DNA of 37,326 nt from Basidioascus undulatus (GCA_000826855.1 JTLS01000051.1:1-37326); one strand, 5' to 3'; shown: positions 23,818 through 35,565, numbered from the stretch's first letter. Numbers and translations: made by a program. The notes: generated by a model not told the origin, from the sequence alone.

Positions 23818-25392
23818 TTAGACAGCCTCAATCGGGCCGTTCTTGGACTCAAACATGTGGCTGAGATCGCCGACAGCTACGTTTAAAGCCGTATGAGCCT
23901 ATCGCTGTTTGCTAGCTCATTACGGCACTAGAGAAATTTGGGATCTTACGGAGAGTGAAGGGGTACGCGAGGGATGCAAGCAGCATGACGACGGAGAGGT
24001 ACCTGCGGGATGAGGAGTACATCAGTTCTCAGTTGCTCTTCATACGTCGGGAGCTGCGCTCACCAGCCGCAAGCGGAAACAACCATGCAGAGAGCGCCAG
24101 CGGCCTGAGAAAATGAAGGAGTGGGCAGTGTGAGCTTGGACCCAATCCAGAACCATCCTGGAACGAGCAGACACGCACCTTGAGGCAGTTGGCAGCGGCG
24201 TCCAGCTGACCTTGGCTCAGGCAAAGGTGGGCTGCTGCAACAAGAAGGACAACGAGCGAGATTGCGGCAACTGCCGTAACGAGGACTACATTGGTGCGCA
24301 GGGCAATGATGGCATACTGGGTTTGAAGGTGAGTCAGTCTACCCATCCGCTAGGAAACATGAGAAAATGCGCAAGGAGGTCTAGCTCACAGTCATCAGCA
24401 TCGCCCCCCAGATGACCTGCAACAAAGTAGATGTGTCAACATGGTGAGCTGCGATGCGGGTAATGCGAAGTAGACAGACTAGGTAGAGACCGAAGCCGCC
24501 TGTGTAGGCGGATGTCGGAGCGCCGGTCGCCGGTTCGGACAGCGTCGAGGCAATTAGCATGGTGGGGTCGCTGGTGCAAAGCGTCAGTAGGTTTTCGCTA
24601 ACACGGGAGCTTGTTGAAATGGCGCACTTGATGTGGGCGAAGCCGAGCCAGAACGCGCCGATGGTAAGGAAGAGGATCATCGAGAAGGTGTTGCTGCAAG
24701 GAATTGGCCATGAGGGTAAGTCAGAAGTTTACCGGGTACAGTGATTTGGAGAGTCCATACCCCACGATGAACTGCGGCCAGCTGCATCAGTAACGGAGAT
24801 ATCGTGGAGATAGATATCGTGGAGATAGATATCGTGGAGATAGCAAGAGAAGCTAAACTTACCTCGCCGATACCACAGAGCACCAGCATCAGACCGCCGA
24901 GGTAGTCTAAAGATTCCAACAGCACACAGTCAGCCACACGCAAACACTACAAACTTTCACTCTCCACTCACAGCCGGGCCCAACCTCGATGGTAACGCTG
25001 TCCGGGGACGCGCCCGACGCCCCGAGGAACTGCAGACCAAGGGCGAACGTGATGATTGTGAGTGAGATAACACTGCCACCCTAAGTTCATGTCAGCCCGC
25101 TCTATTCCACAGTTCCTTACTGCGAAAGAGAGAGGAATACGCACCCGATAGGGGTCGGGTTGCCCAGCTTGTTGCGCAACGTTGGGGTCGCGCGCATGCC
25201 TGCCTGGAGGTACAGCTTGTCGAACTGCTCCGGAGTGAGGGTGACATGGGAGAGGGGGCGCTCGAGGACGCCAGTCGCCATGACTGCATCAATGAAGAAC
25301 TTCCGTCAAGCACTGCTCCGCTGTAGGTGGTTGCCCTCCTGAGAAGGACGACAATGCGACTCACGTTTCTCGTTGCTGCCTTGCTCAGTCAT
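23818..25392 (-). CDS. GPR1/FUN34/YaaH (Ato/Ady2-like) acetate/ammonia transporter, apparently intact
   Basis: Spliced MTEQGSNEK|LMATGVLERPLSHVTLTPEQFDKLYL...KLGNPTPIG|VISLTIITFALGLQFLG...|YLGGLMLVLCGIGE|FIVG|NTFSMILFLTIGAFWLGF...|VIWGAMLMT|YAIIALRTNVVL...|GWYLSVVMLL...LP|VGDLSHMF..*. Family motifs NP(T/A)P(I/L)G, GNTF, LRTN and LPVGDLS are present; frame is consistent over all junctions checked. Confidence 0.9.
24797..24843. repeat. 15-bp unit x3 tandem repeat in an intron of the transporter gene
   Basis: AGATATCGTGGAGAT repeated three times exactly. Confidence 0.95.
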
Positions 25393-26785
25393 TGTAATTT
25401 GAGAAGTGCTGATGTTCGAGAGGGGTGTTAAAAGGCTGAAAAGGAGCTGCACAGAGGGAAAGAGAGACGGAAAGATGGGCTCCGCCTTCGCTCGCTGAAG
25501 TCTTTATGCGTTGTCGAGGTCGGTGTTGCGCTGCATTTCAGGGAGCGCTGTGGACGCTCTGACCTTTTCCTAGCGTCTTCAAAACGCCTGGCGATCGAAG
25601 GGCGCTGGTCCATAAGCATGGAACGCTACCGTGCAATAGTCGGCAGCCCATTTTCCCGGGTTAAAGTGGCGGCAGCCTCCACCAAACCGACTTGAAGCTT
25701 GCAATCTCGCTGAGCCTCAGCGATGGGCCTCTTGCAGGGCACATCGCAACAACTCTCAAGACCTCACGTGGCGCTATCGCGTGACCGGGAAAGTGCCCGA
25801 AGTTGCAAGGTTGACGGGGCAGCTTCGTGTATTGGAGCGTAATTAGAGGCGCGTAAGACTGGAAGTTGGTGTAAAGCGGCTTGCAAACGCTCGTCAGGGT
25901 CAGGAAGTTGTTGCCCGAGTCCACAGCTTCAACCAGGGTTCTCATTTGGCAATCTCCCTTGCTTTGGTCTTCAACTAAACAAGAACAGGTACTGCGAAAC
26001 GATCATCGCAGTCGATGTATGTACATGGGTGTTGGTTCGTCGGCCTAGGTAGATGGTCTAACGAAAGCAACCGGACGGCTCTGTGTTTAAGCGGACATCC
26101 TACGGCGAAGATGTATGTAGGTTGGGGTATGAGTTTACCCTCGAGCGCAGGCTGTCGTTAATTGAAGACAGCAAGAGAGTTGCCTCCGTCCCCCTGGTTG
26201 GTCCGACCGCGCCAGGAGTAGTCGAACTGGTGGACGTTGAACGGTGATGGCGCCTGCATACCCACAAATGTACAGATTAGAAATAATCGTCCAGGTGACA
26301 AGGCCATTGAAGTGCATCGCCTGCTGCCCATCGTTCCTTGGCTGCGCCATCTTCTGAATATTTAGTCTGGCGATACCCTTCTCCTCTTACCCGTGTCGTT
26401 TGTGGTGCTGCCGCCAACGCACACACACGCAAACCCAGATTTTTTAAGTTATATCTAAGCTGAGTATGGTCTTGAAGATTCATTCAATTACTGGCACCCA
26501 GGCGACGCTCAGGCAGTCGACCTCGACCCACCTTATGCTATGACACTGCCACATTCGCAAGGCATGTCGTTAAACAGGGTGCAGGAAAAAGTCTGAACAT
26601 AATAAGGCACAAATTTTTTGAGGCTATGGGCTAACCGTTTTCTTCTGTGGAGTACCCGTGCTCGCTGGATTTCGTTTCCTGCGGTCGACAGATCAGCCGA
26701 CGGTAAGCAGCCAAGAAGGCTGAAAAGTAACTGGAACGACGCAAGACGTATCGCTACCAAGTGATGCATATGTGCTCTTTTCCAT

Positions 26786-28209
26786 CTATACATCCTCAAT
26801 GGGCCGTTCTTTGCGCTCAAACGTGTGGCTGAGGTCGCCAACGGCTGTAATTGAAGTAAGGTCAAGTTCAGTGAATCGTCAGATTGAAAATGCCATATAT
26901 CCTTGGCTCACGCAGCCGAATCGGATACATGAGTGACTCCAGCAGCATACAGACCAACTGGTACCTGTTGAGATTCTCAGCGTCGTTGCTTCGGAGCCAG
27001 GACAGGCCCGCACTCACCATCCAGCAACTGACACGACCATGGACAGCGAGCCAGTTGCCTGGACCATAAGATGGTGAGCGCCTTGGAGACGGGCATGATA
27101 GCCATGAGAATGCGCACTGTGACAAGTTGAGCTGCCGCGCCCGTCTGGCCTTGGCTCGTTGCGAGGTTGGACGCGCCCACGGACAGTACGACGAGGGAGA
27201 TGGAGAACACGCAGATAAAGAGGACGACGCACGTCTGAAGGGCGATGATAGAGTAGGTGAGAAGCATGCATCCCCAGATGACCATTTTTAGTGTTGCGTG
27301 AGATCCAGGCTTGGACGAAAAGGATTGAACTGACAGACCAGGTACAGGCCCAACCCACCTGTGTATGCAGTTGTTGGGGCGCCCGTTTCCGCATCGGACA
27401 GGATCGAGGCGATGAACTTGGAAGGGTCGCTTTTGGATAGAGCATATTAGCTTGCTTCCCTCGCATAAGTCCCGGACGTGACGTACTTGATCCATGCAAA
27501 GTTGAGCCAGAAAGCACCGATAGTGATGAAAAGAACCATGTTGAATTGTCTATCGCGAGATGGGAATACATACATATGAGCCGATGCATCACCAAATAAC
27601 ATAAAAATGAGGAAGACCCGCCCCACAATAAACTGTTAAAATGACTCGTCAACGGCCGTCGAACGAGGGAGAGGCGAGCAGTGCAGGAGAGGAAGGCTCA
27701 CCTCGCCCGCCAACATGAGGCCTGCAAGAAAGTCTACGAGCACAGCAACCAGAGTCAGAGCAGGTCCTTTCCATAAATATTTTCACAACCGGGACCCACT
27801 TTGATCGGAACGCTCGCCGCGGACGCCCCCGAAGCACCGAGGAACTGCAGCCCGAGCGCAAACGTGATGACCGTCAGGGAGATGGTTCTGTTAATCGAGA
27901 CATGGTCATAAGTTTCTGACGCTACAACGTAACAGAACATCCCAGTCTGATGCGGCATCGGTTGAAGGACCACATACCCAATCGGCGTTGGGTTCCGAAC
28001 CTAGTGGGCGGTGCGGGGATGTATAACCTCTCGAACTGCTCGGTAGTGAGAGTCACATAAGAGAGCGGGCGCTAGGTCGTTTGTAACTTGAACTGTGTGC
28101 GAGGACGTCCAGATCGGGCTCGTCAGTTTGCGGATAGTACAGGCTGCAGCTGCCTGCGAAAAAGATGGGAGGCCGACCCACGCTTCTGGTTGATTGTTTG
28201 TTGCACCAT
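26786..28209 (-). pseudogene. Tandem paralog of the GPR1/FUN34/YaaH transporter, disrupted
   Basis: Colinear with 23818-25392 (RPLSYVTLTTEQFERLY, NPTPIG, ISLTVITFALGLQFLGASGAS, TIGAFWL, AYTGGLGLYL, VIWG, VGDLSH). Frameshifts near 28072 and 27997 with a TAG at 28001-28003 in the shifted frame; 4 codons shorter in YFLAGLMLAGE; splice acceptor reads TG instead of AG at 27283-27284. Confidence 0.87.
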
Positions 28210-29335
28210 GACGAGGGAATAAGTCCGGAGTGAGAGAGGAGCTGGGCTCGGTGAAGCGTGGTTCGCAACGACGCCTGCTGCAGTTTTATGGGATCGTTGG
28301 GCGGCCAGAATACCAAATAGCATAATTAGCGATGCTCGGTAGTCATGAATTCTGCAAGTCAATGACGCACCGCAAGACGGGCTGGAGTAGCACGGTCTGG
28401 AGTACGTTCCGAAGTTCCTCAGCCGAAGATACGCCTGCTTCGCAAGTTTCGACCCTCTTCAACGGCCGGAGCTGTTCGCGGGTCATGCTGACTATGCGGT
28501 ATGGCCATACAACCTGCTAAGATTAAGAAGCTTCATTACCGGAACGCTGTCGCCTTGTTGCTGACAGCACGGACAGTAGCCGCGCCCGCAAGATTTCAGT
28601 CGTCGGGCAAACGGAACGGCATGACCGTACGTCTTGCTGTGCTCCCGTGGAAAGGAGATGCTGGCGTGCAAGTAATCGCAAGTTGACGGAACAAGGCATC
28701 CCGTCCTCTGTGCAAGATGACACGTCTGTCGTGTGAAGGTTGTTGACTTGCACAGTTGCGAGATGCGCTAGAGGGCGTTCAGTTTCTGGCACCCACGACC
28801 GAGCGGTGACAGCCAAGTTGAAAATTGCACTGAGGCTCAGACGCATTGATTTAACTTGCCACAAGTACAATGGTTCGGAAGGTGGCATGAGCGGGCGGGA
28901 CCACGCAAGCGGCCCAGGTAAAATGACAAAATGGTTGATACTGTTGGAGGCTGATCCGACACGCTATCTCAGTACGCGGAAGCGGCGACTAGGACACAGG
29001 GAGAGGAGGAAAGCGAGCGATGGAGTAGTCGGATGGCGGAAACAAAGAGAGGAGCGAGGCGCGTGAAAGCGAGAGACAAGCGCGAGACTGAAACAAAAGC
29101 AACTACGTGACGGGAGGCGAGCCGGAGACTGGGACAACTGCAACTACGTGATGGAACTTCAACAGATACAACAACAGCGCACGGGAAGCAGCACGGGACG
29201 AGGAAATTATCCGTGAAAAGGCGGGGCACATGAAGCGCCGCAGGGTGCAGAGCAACATGCCGCTCAACGGCGGACCCCCCAGTGGGTGGTAGGGATCGCA
29301 CGGCAGCATTGGGGGCTTAATGGGCGACAGAATCG

Positions 29336-30352
29336 TCATCGCCCCGAGCTACTGCTGAGCGAGCGGAAGAACTCGTTGTATGCGTTGTCGAGGTCGAAGA
29401 GGAGCTAACGAGGGACCAGGATCAGTCTCTCTCCGCAAGCTCCGCCGGTTCATTCGGCGAGATGACCCACCTGTCTGGACTGTTCCTCCGAGATCTCGTC
29501 GCTCGCCTTCATTTGGTTCAGCGTGATGAGCCTGTGCATCGCGATATATCAGCACGCCGGCCGACACAGCGGACAGCACCTCCGAGAGGGGACGCACCAC
29601 CCGACCAGCTTCCCGCGTCCCTCCCATTCTGCCGAGCCCTTGAAGCGCGAGTAACCGGACATGAGTTCCGTAAGCATCGGATGTAGTTGGTCCTTTGCGC
29701 GCAGCTGCAGCTTCAGGCCGTCCATGAAAGTGATGAAGTTCTGGGGCGTGGCGAAGGTACGTTAGCATGACGGGGCCGACCGAGTAGAAGGACTAGAAGG
29801 AAGCGCACCTGCGTTGTCTCCGCTACGCACTTGCCCGTCTCCAGTCCCTGCTCCGCCGAATGCTCCACTGTCGCCGGCACGCCGACTCGTAGCCGGTGCG
29901 CTGCTGCTGGGTAGTCCATCTAGAGCCCCAGCATGTCAGCGCTTAACAGTAGCAACGCGTGAATCTCGGTAGAGAAACGGCTCACGTTGTACTCCGCCAT
30001 AAACCCTTCTACAGATTCCACCACGTCCGCGACGAGCTTGATGATCGTCTTGTACTGTGCCAGAAGACGGACGCAGGCAGGAGCATATCTGAACTCCTGC
30101 CCGAGGTCAAACGCTCCGTTCGCACCCAGATTAGAGGCAAAAGCCACGCACTGTGCTTGCGTGATGCTATCTCGCACATAAGCCCGCTCAAGGTAATCCA
30201 AGCTGACGATGATGCCAAATAGGGTCGCGAGGTTCTCGTATCGGTCGCGCTGGGCGACGGTCGTGTACAGCCGGACTTCCTGTGACACATTCAGTGTCAG
30301 CAACTAAAGTGCCTTTGATCAGGGTAGCACGCACTTCGTCTGGATTGAGCAT
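29336..30352 (-). CDS. VPS28: ESCRT-I subunit Vps28
   Basis: MLNPDE|EVRLYTTVAQRDRYENLATLFGIIVSLDYLERAYVRDSI...YAPACVRLLAQYK...MDYPAAAHRLRVGVPATVEH...HFITFMDGLKL...KDQLHPML...LLFDLDNAYNEFFRSL. Confidence 0.97.
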
Positions 30353-30729
30353 GATGTGCAGTGTGTGAGGCGAGTCGCGGCGGTGGTTAAGGGCAAGGTG
30401 TTGACGCTCGCACGCGCCGGTTGGTGACGTGCGGCGCTCAGGCGGTAGGCAGGTATGGAATGTAGGGTATGAATGGCGGTGCTCGCCCAAGCTCGGCTTG
30501 GCTCGCCGCATGACACCGAACCGCATCTCCGCCTGACGCTCATTCTCTCGCAACGCACTGATTCCACAACATCGCGCGGGGAAACTAATTGCTGGACCTC
30601 TTCGAATCGTACGCTCTCAAGAGTTTCGGTCGCAGACCCCAACAACCCGGGCTCATTCTCCGCCGTGCCCTTCCCAGACGAGCTCGATCTCCTCCTGCCT
30701 CCCGCCTCCTCCCCCCACCCCTCACCCCC
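30353..30729. promoter_or_regulatory. Divergent promoter region VPS28 / SEC17
   Basis: 377 bp between head-to-head start codons. Confidence 0.5.
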
Positions 30730-32028
30730 ATGGCTCCCAAGCACCCTTCTCCCGAAGGCGTAGCGCGCCTGCAGAAGGCCGAAAAGAAGGCCACCAGCTC
30801 AGGTGGCTTCTTCTCCTTCGGCTCCTCCACCGCGGACCGCATGGAGGAGGCCGCGGACCTCTTCAAGGCCGCCGCGACCCAGTTCAAGAACGACGGTTGC
30901 TACAAGGACGCGGGCGACGCGTTCTTGCGCGCCGCGGACTGCAGCTTCCAGGCGCAGCAGCCGAACGACGCGAACGCGTTCTCCTGGGAGGCGGCTAAGG
31001 TGTACAAGCAGACCAATCCCGAGCGTGAGTAGTATCTCCTGGGGTCAAAGGGGTACGAGCAAGGATCTAGATGGCGGAATGGTCGCTGCTCGTGCGGCCA
31101 GGATCTCTGGTGGCCCGTATGGGGACGTGTAGGGACGGGGATGGCAGCAGCACTCCAAAGCGAACCCCCTATCCCCGCCGCATGCTGACCTTGTTCGCCA
31201 ACCCCGCAGTTGCCGTTTCCGCCCTCATCAGGGCAGTCAAGGGCTACCGCGATGCGAACCGCTACCGCCAAGCGGGCGACCGTCAAAAAGAAATCGCGCA
31301 GCTGCTGGTCGACGACCTGGGCGACCTGCGGTCTGCGCTGGACGCGTACGCGGAGGCGGCGAAGCTGTATGAGTTGGATGGGGCCGAGGCGTGAGTTGCT
31401 CTTTTCTCTGTCCGAGGCAATGCGCGCAGGGTGCGAGGGTTGGAAGCTGTGTGGCGGGCGACACTGTGCGGCGAGCATGGGTACCAGTTGGCGGACGCTT
31501 GCGAACGCTTCGCTCACCTACTGTTCTATTGCTTCCCTTCCAGAACCGCATCAGCATGCTACAAGGACGTCGCAGACCTTGCCGCACAGCTCGACGACTT
31601 CCCGCGAGCGATCGAGACGTACGACAAGGTGATCAAGCAGAGCCTCAAGTCGCCGTTGACAAAGTACTCGGTCAAGGAGTACTTCTTCAAGTCTGGGCTG
31701 TGTTACCTCGCTTCCGGAGTGCGTCCCCCTCACTTCTCACACCTCTCCAATAAGGAAACCCGAATCTGACATCCCCCTTCCCCCACCGCAGGACCTCGTC
31801 GATGCCGGCCGTGCGATCGGATCGTTCGTCGAGCAGGACCCGTCGTTCGCCCAGACGCGCGAGCACAAGTTCCTCACGGGCGCGTTGGAGGCCGTCGAGG
31901 CGGGCGACCCGGAGGCGTACACCGCGCACGTCGTCGAGTACGACCAGCTCACGAAGCTGGACCCGTGGAAGACGCAGATCATGCTCAAGATCAAGAAGGG
32001 GATCGCGGAGGAGCCGGGCTTGACTTAA
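30730..32028 (+). CDS. SEC17: Alpha-soluble NSF attachment protein (alpha-SNAP)
   Basis: KAEKKATSSGGFFSFG..RMEEAADLFKAAATQFK, AGDAFLRAA, LTKYSVKEYFFKSGLCYLA, DPSFAQTREHKFL, YDQLTKLDPWKTQIMLKIK...EEPGLT*. Confidence 0.97.
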
Positions 32029-32174
32029 TCCACCTTATCACGTCGTTTTCTTGTTACCTCTTTCCCCTTTTCTCCTGGTTTACGCGACCCACCACGTCAC
32101 AATTGATGCTTAATCGACTTGAGTGTGCTGCGCGCGGAGATCCACTCGGCCACGCCTGCTCCACGAATCCGATG

Positions 32175-33161
32175 TCATCTCGTAAAGCGCAACACATGAA
32201 GCAACTCTCGTCCAGTCCTCCTCTTCAGCACGATCTGCGAAGTGCGCCGACGTCAGCAGTGGCTCCCTCGCCGTTCATCTCCCTCGCTCACCTCGCCCTT
32301 GAATCCCTTCTCGCCCATCCGGCGCACGATCCCCACCGGGTCGTTCTCCTTCACCGCAACCAGATAAAAGCGACCCCGCTCGCTCATCAACTCCTGCATC
32401 CGTCGCCCACCCCACCGTCAGATCCGCATCGCTCGCCAGTCCGCGCACGCGACGCACATCGAGCTGCTCGAGCACAGGCTCCGTCAGGTCCATGCCCGTC
32501 AGGCCGCCCGCCCAAGCGCCCGCGATCCCGCCCTGCCCGTCGACGGCCTCGCCCGTGTCCGTCGGGACGTACGGCGGGTTGAAGAGCAGGACGTCGACGG
32601 CGCGGCGCAGGCGCGGGAGGAGCGAGGCCGTCAACGATGTCAGGACTGGGTGGACGACAACACGGTTCTGCTGTCCTGTCAGGGACGTCGCGCGCGCGGC
32701 GTGCGGGTTGATGTCGGTGCAGAGGAACACTGGGCAGGGTCGAACAGGTGGGCATGTGGGTCCACGGGGGAGGAAAGCGGGGTGGGAGAGACGAACATGA
32801 GGTTGAGGGGCCTAGCAGGGTGCCCATGAAAGTCGATACACAGCCCGAGCCAGAGCTGTTCGAAGGCACCTCCAACATGAGCGTCATGGCACTCCCACGA
32901 AGAAATTTTACGGGGTGCATGATGCGCACCCTATCTCGAGGCACACAGCCGCGCCCAGCGCGCGGAGCTCGTTCAGGTCGTTCTCCAGCGCATCAAGAAG
33001 GATGAACGTGTCCTCTGTGAGTGAAAGAGAGTGTAGGTGCTTGGACTGAGCGATCGATGGTGGCTCTGAGGCCCGAAGCGGAGGAAGAAGGTACCGGCCG
33101 GCTCATAGACGTTTTCGTAGTCCGCGGCCTTGAGATGTGAGAGGTCCGGTGTGGGTATCAT
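32175..33161 (-). CDS. MTQ2: eRF1 glutamine N5-methyltransferase catalytic subunit (Mtq2/HEMK2/N6AMT1)
   Basis: MIPTPDLSHLKAADYENVYEPA|EDTFILLDALE, LEIG|SGSGCVSTF, CTDINPHA, VDVLLFNPPYVPT, AWAGGLTGM, GRFYLVAVKENDP; stop TGA at 32175-32177. Confidence 0.95.
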
Positions 33162-33393
33162 CGGTTAGTGCTGGGAAATGAGAGAGTGATCGAAGAGCGA
33201 CCATGGAGTGGTAAAAGGAAAAGAGGAAATAAGGAAACGCGCGGTCGCCGGGCGTGAGCTGGGTTTTGTCCGAGTTTCACAGCGATCCTGAACGACTGTA
33301 CCTCCCGTTTCCTTCGCGCAAACTCCTCACCACTGCCATAAAGGTTGAAAGCCTTCGTCGAACCCTCATATGAAACTGTGTAGCCCGGCCAGC

Positions 33394-33466
33394 CCGGTCC
33401 CGGCCGAGGCGGTGATAACTTGATGAAGAGATCCACATTGAGCCGCCGGGTGAGTGGGTGAGATAA
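33394..33466 (+). promoter_or_regulatory. Candidate purine-induction and nitrogen-regulation sites upstream of allantoinase: CGG-N6-CCG plus two GATAA
   Basis: CCGG-TCCCGG-CCGA at 33394-33407 (UaY/Ppr1-type spacing); GATAA at 33414-33418 and 33462-33466. Lies in the 536-bp MTQ2/DAL1 divergent gap. Confidence 0.35.
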
Positions 33467-33697
33467 TCCTACCGTGTTGCTAGACGAGTTCTCCTGCCCT
33501 GTAATACAATATTATGCAAAGAACTAGGAGTGGAGTTGAAAGAAAGAAATGGTCGAAACAGCGACGAATCGGCACGGTAGCCCCTTTCGGTCGCCCTATC
33601 GCCGTCGAGCTTGAGCGCCTGAACGCGTCCTGAGCGCGTTCAGGGCTGCTTCGAGCTTACGACCATCGGCACCCCCTGCGCACACCCACACCCCACC

Positions 33698-35565
33698 ATG
33701 CCGCCGCCCAACAATCCCATTCCGCCCAATGCGCGCCTTCCGCTCCTCGCCGCCTTGGCTGCGATCCTCCTCGTGCCGCTGTACAACCTCGTCGCCGGCC
33801 CGGGGACGCTGACGGTCCTCGCGCCGCATGCGCTGCTGCCCACGTCGCTGCGTGTCCAGCCCGCGACGGTGCGCGTCGACCTAGGCACGGGCAAGGTGGT
33901 CGGCATCTGGGGCGGGATTCGGGAAGACGTCGTCAAGGGGAAGGTCGTCAGGCTGGGGGAGGACGAGTGGATGCTGCCAGGTATGATTGAGTGCGTCTCC
34001 TTTTCCGCTCGTGTTCTTCCAATTACGTAGATGAAGCATGTTGAAGACCGGGAGGGGTTTCAGCACCCACGTCCACCTCAACTCCCCCGGCCGCTCGCAC
34101 TGGGAATCCATCCGGCACGGCACGCTTGCAGCGCTGTCCGGCGGCGTGACGACGCTCGTGGACATGCCGCTCAACTCGCTCCCGCCGACGAACAATGTCT
34201 CTGCGCTCGAGACCAAGCGCAAGGTCGCGAAGGGCAATGCCTACACGGACATTGCGTTTTGGGGCGGATCCGTGCCGGGCAACGAGGTGGGTCGGGTCGG
34301 ACGGCTGAGCAGGAGGGAGGGAGGGATGTGTGCTGATCGGGTTTGAGGAGACAGCGCGATTTGAAGCCGCTTTGGGAGGCGGGCGTGAGGGGCTTCAAGA
34401 GCTTCATGGTCAACAGCGGGGTAGATGTGGGTCGTGGGGACTCTTCATTCAGTTTCCCGTGCTGCTGGTTTCTGATAGCTTCTCACAACAGGAGTTCCAG
34501 CACGTTTCCGCCGCTGACATCGAAGCTGCGTTCACCGAGCTTTCGGTGAGTCAGAGCCTTTCCGCACTTCTCAGACTCTCCTCACACGCTCCCAACCCAG
34601 AACACCTCCACGCCCCTCCTCTACCACGCCGAAGTGTCGCTCCCCACGCCGCCCGAAGAGTCCTCCGCCTCCCCCACGCTCCACAGCACCTGGCTCTCCT
34701 CCCGGCCAAACGAAATGGAGGACGAGGCGATCTCGCTCCTGCTCTCTCTCCTGCGCGCGCACCCGCACACGCATGCACACATCGTCCACCTCTCCTCCGC
34801 CTCCGCGCTGCCGCTCATCCGCGCCGCGCGCGCCGAGGGCCTCAACCTCACCGTCGAGACATGCTTCCACTACCTCGTCCTCCGTGCGGAGGACATCCCC
34901 GAGGGCGCGACGCAGTTCAAGTGCGCCCCGCCGATCCGGGGGGAGGCGAACCGCCGCGCGCTGTGGGAGGCGCTGCGCGACGGGGACATCGACATGGTCA
35001 CAAGCGACCACTCGCCCAGCGTGCCGGAGCTGAAGGAGCTCGAGTCCGGCGACTTCATGAAGGCTTGGGGTGGGATCGGGGGCCTTGGGTGCGTCCTGTC
35101 TTCGCCGCTTCGTTTCCCGCGCTTCCCTTCGATCAGTGCCTCGCAGCTGACACTCCCGTACTCAGCCTCGGCATCTCGCTCCTCTGGTCCGAGGCCTCCG
35201 CGCACTCCATCCCCATCGGCACGCTCATCAAGTGGATGTCCGCCGCGCCCGCGCAGCTCGCCGGTCTGTCCTCCAAGGGCGCCATCCGCCTCGGCGCCGA
35301 CGCGGACTTTGCCATCTTCGCGCCCGAGGACGAGTTCACCGTTTCGAAGGTCCGCATTTTCCTCCCATCCCCTTCTTTCTTAAGTGGAGGAGACTGAAGT
35401 GCTGACTTGCGGGAACAGGACGACCTCCACTTCCTCAACAAGATCTCGCCGTACGAGGGCCTGACGCTCAAGGGCGTCGTCCGCCGCACGTTCTTGCGCG
35501 GAAAGCTCGTCTGGGACAAGACGGGCAAGGGCGCGCAGGGCAGGCCGAGGGGCAGGCTGATTTGA
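33698..35565 (+). CDS. DAL1: Allantoinase (amidohydrolase superfamily) with hydrophobic N-terminal extension
   Basis: LPGMID|THVHLNSPGRSHWE, GGVTTLVDMPLNSLPPT, FWGG, GVRGFKSFMVNSGVD|EF, LYHAE, HIVHLSS, TVETCFHYL, FKCAPPIR, SDHSP, AWGGIGGLG, NKISPYEG; stop TGA at 35563-35565. Confidence 0.93.

Noticed and set aside
25428..26780. Short ORFs and a repeated GATGTATGTA between the transporter paralogs
   Set aside because: No homology cues; a 10-bp match is too short to indicate an LTR or TIR.
33300..33460. Hairpin AAGGTTGAAAGCCTT and TGATGA as possible ribozyme or C/D snoRNA
   Set aside because: No hammerhead core and no matching box D or terminal stem were found.
20155..35565. Cryptic peroxisomal PTS1 via stop readthrough (TGA-CTA) or last-intron retention
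   Set aside because: None of the stops checked has the TGA-CTA context, and the extensions translated do not end in an SKL-like tripeptide.
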